A DNA stretch of 47,285 nt from Escherichia phage phiKP26, in sequence record KC579452; one strand, written 5' to 3'. Shown piece after piece: positions 45,874 through 47,285 of this stretch. The position numbers and the translations under genes are program-made. The number at the start of each line of letters is the position of its first letter. Positions within the stretch are counted from its first letter, which is position 1. A model generated the notes under the pieces. That model had not been told where the DNA came from. It saw only the letters and a program-made list of their open reading frames with translations, and did not search any database.

Positions 45874-46389
45874 ATGAGTAATACAATTCGTGAAGCAAAC
45901 CCGACACTTGGCGACCTGGTGCGGCACCTTGTTAAGATGGCTCTTAATTCAGAGGATGGAAGCGTAACAGTTCCCGTTAAGTTGCTTTACAAGAATCTTT
46001 ACGGAGAAATTGATAACGACTATGTAGCAGCTGACTTTAGACCTGGCGGCAAATATTCACTTCCAAAGCTTAAGGCTTCCTATGTTTCAAATACAGCCAG
46101 CAGAATGCAGGAAGTTAAAGACGCAGATAAGCGCGCAAGGTTCTCTTGTGGAGAGATGGAGTATAATGGTGATGAGCATTATTGCGTAAAAATCACAATG
46201 GTCAACGGTGCTGTTAAGAATGGAACCCGAGCTAAGACAAACAGTCAATTAGAGGAGAAAGCGGTAAGCGAGTTTAAAGCTAGGCTACTTAAGCTTTCCC
46301 CNAGCGTAGCAGGAATGAGTGGAGATGAACTGAAGGGTGCGGTAGCTATGATTAACGCATATCAGGAAATGATTAAGGAGACTAAATAA
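45874..46389 (+). CDS. hypothetical protein
   Basis: 171-aa ORF with a strong RBS (gagaggag); first rightward gene after region B. Confidence 0.5.
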   Translation: MSNTIREANPTLGDLVRHLVKMALNSEDGSVTVPVKLLYKNLYGEIDNDYVAADFRPGGKYSLPKLKASYVSNTASRMQEVKDADKRARFSCGEMEYNGDEHYCVKITMVNGAVKNGTRAKTNSQLEEKAVSEFKARLLKLSXSVAGMSGDELKGAVAMINAYQEMIKETK

Positions 46390-46961
46390 TGTTTGATTTC
46401 AACGAGGATAAGTTAACTGATGACCAGGTGATGGAAGTCGCCAGGCAAGATAACCTGCCGCCACTTCGTGTGGCAATCAGTACTAATGGATACCGCCAAT
46501 CATTCAATTTCTGGCCCAGCGCCGAAGAGATGCTGTGCGTCAAGTTGAGCTACAAATACGGTGTCGTAGTTAGCAGGATTAGCCGCCATGGCTGGAATGG
46601 AGTGGTTGGCATTCGATCTCTATACGAGGCAATNCGAAATGTCCAGCCATTCGTCGGGCGCGAAGGGATTATGCATGACCTGACAATTAACATCATCCCA
46701 GAACTACAAGAGNCGGGAATTGTTNGCCTCATTGGCGATAAGATTTATGTTCATCCGGCCCTGGTTGAGATGGATAAGGACGACGTGCAAAACTGGTGCA
46801 GTCAGTGCCGATCCGACGTGCCACGCTCAAACTACGTGCCACCGCAAACAACAATCCATGGCTATAATGCCGATGAGGTGGAGAAGGCCATACAGTTCTA
46901 CCGGAAAGCGAAAGCTCTCCGAAAGGGGAAATTTAAAAAAAATGAACCATCTATCAATTAA
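46389..46961 (+). CDS. short paralogue of the 529-aa P-loop protein, lacking the ATPase core; 3' end runs into low-quality sequence
   Basis: N-terminus MFDFNEDKLTDDQVMEVARQDNLPPLRVAISTNGYRQS matches the N-terminus of 41400-42989; a later block (VVGIRSLYEA...LIGDKIYVHPAL) matches its C-terminus. In the cleaner repeat copy the ORF ends at 473. Confidence 0.5.
   Translation: MFDFNEDKLTDDQVMEVARQDNLPPLRVAISTNGYRQSFNFWPSAEEMLCVKLSYKYGVVVSRISRHGWNGVVGIRSLYEAXRNVQPFVGREGIMHDLTINIIPELQEXGIVXLIGDKIYVHPALVEMDKDDVQNWCSQCRSDVPRSNYVPPQTTIHGYNADEVEKAIQFYRKAKALRKGKFKKNEPSIN
46542..46922. repeat. Direct repeat copy B (matches 66-446)
   Basis: Same as copy A; after 46922 the sequence degrades instead of continuing as 447 onward. 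Confidence 0.85.
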
Positions 46962-47285
46962 AAAAAATAAGTNANNAACCCCCACCACCAAAAAAACCAN
47001 NAACACANNNANAAATAACAACAAATAACAACCAAAAACCCANNNAAAAACANCAACACAACANCACNAANAANNCNCCACANAANAAAGGACAAATAAC
47101 ANNAGGATGCGAAGANACGNAGNNNNGCNNNNAGTANNCTNCGCAANNNNNGACAGGCNNNGGTGGACCCTCGTCACCGTAACACTTACAGGTACGCACG
47201 GACGGTAACGGTCGGACGAGGCAGGGTACGTACGGTCGGTAGGGACGGCGGGTACCTAGGTAGGGGTACTTTCGGAACGGTAACG
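46923..47285. other. Low-quality / artefactual sequence tail (N-rich, A/C homopolymer-rich)
   Basis: Dense Ns, poly-A and poly-C runs, no coherent reading frame; the ORFs predicted here are full of X. Confidence 0.8.

Noticed and set aside
46827-47199. ORFs predicted in the final 360 nt
   Set aside because: The translations are mostly X; the underlying sequence is N-rich homopolymeric read-end noise.
1-47285. Lysogeny module (integrase, CI-type repressor, attP) or prophage borders
   Set aside because: No tyrosine or serine recombinase-like ORF and no CI-like repressor were recognised; the only HTH proteins are a small Cro/YdaS-like protein and a domain of the phosphoesterase, and the sequence wraps around as a complete phage unit.

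Overview
The window is essentially one complete genome unit (about 46.5 kb) of a tailed dsDNA phage with a siphovirus-type tail module, plus an assembly overlap: positions 66-446 recur at 46542-46922. Both extreme ends are poor quality (first ~45 nt are the reverse complement of 26030-26072; last ~360 nt are N-rich low-complexity sequence). N characters cluster after homopolymer runs and hide several real stop codons. Layout: an early region of small ORFs with a tRNA-Arg(CCU) (45874 through the window end, wrapping to ~3250); a late module 3298-24722 (+) with small and large terminase, portal, head morphogenesis, scaffold, a collagen-like protein, major capsid, an HNH-AP2 homing-endonuclease remnant, head-tail joining genes, major tail, chaperones, tape measure and a lambda-like M-L-K-I-J tail tip; a minus-strand lipoprotein operon; an AT-rich switch region; a recombination module (PD-(D/E)xK exonuclease, Erf, SSB); minus-strand tailspike, primase and a Cro/YdaS-like HTH protein; helicase, VRR-NUC and an HTH-metallophosphoesterase; a lysis cassette (holin, SAR endolysin, unimolecular spanin); and a minus-strand small-gene island with a P-loop protein. 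No integrase, repressor module or CRISPR array was found, so the phage looks virulent; the gene content is reminiscent of T1-like coliphages, but that is inference from memory, not a search. The most striking non-genic signal is a family of at least 14 co-oriented intercistronic elements: a palindrome TAGCAC-N5-TGCTA, then 22-23 bp, then TATAGT/TATATT, then a conserved CATCGAAACGA leader. I read these as candidate activator-dependent early promoters. Two paralogous AT-rich regions with phased ACGC boxes and (TAT)n tracts look like origin or switch regions. All protein calls rest on motifs read by eye and on gene order; no database search was run.
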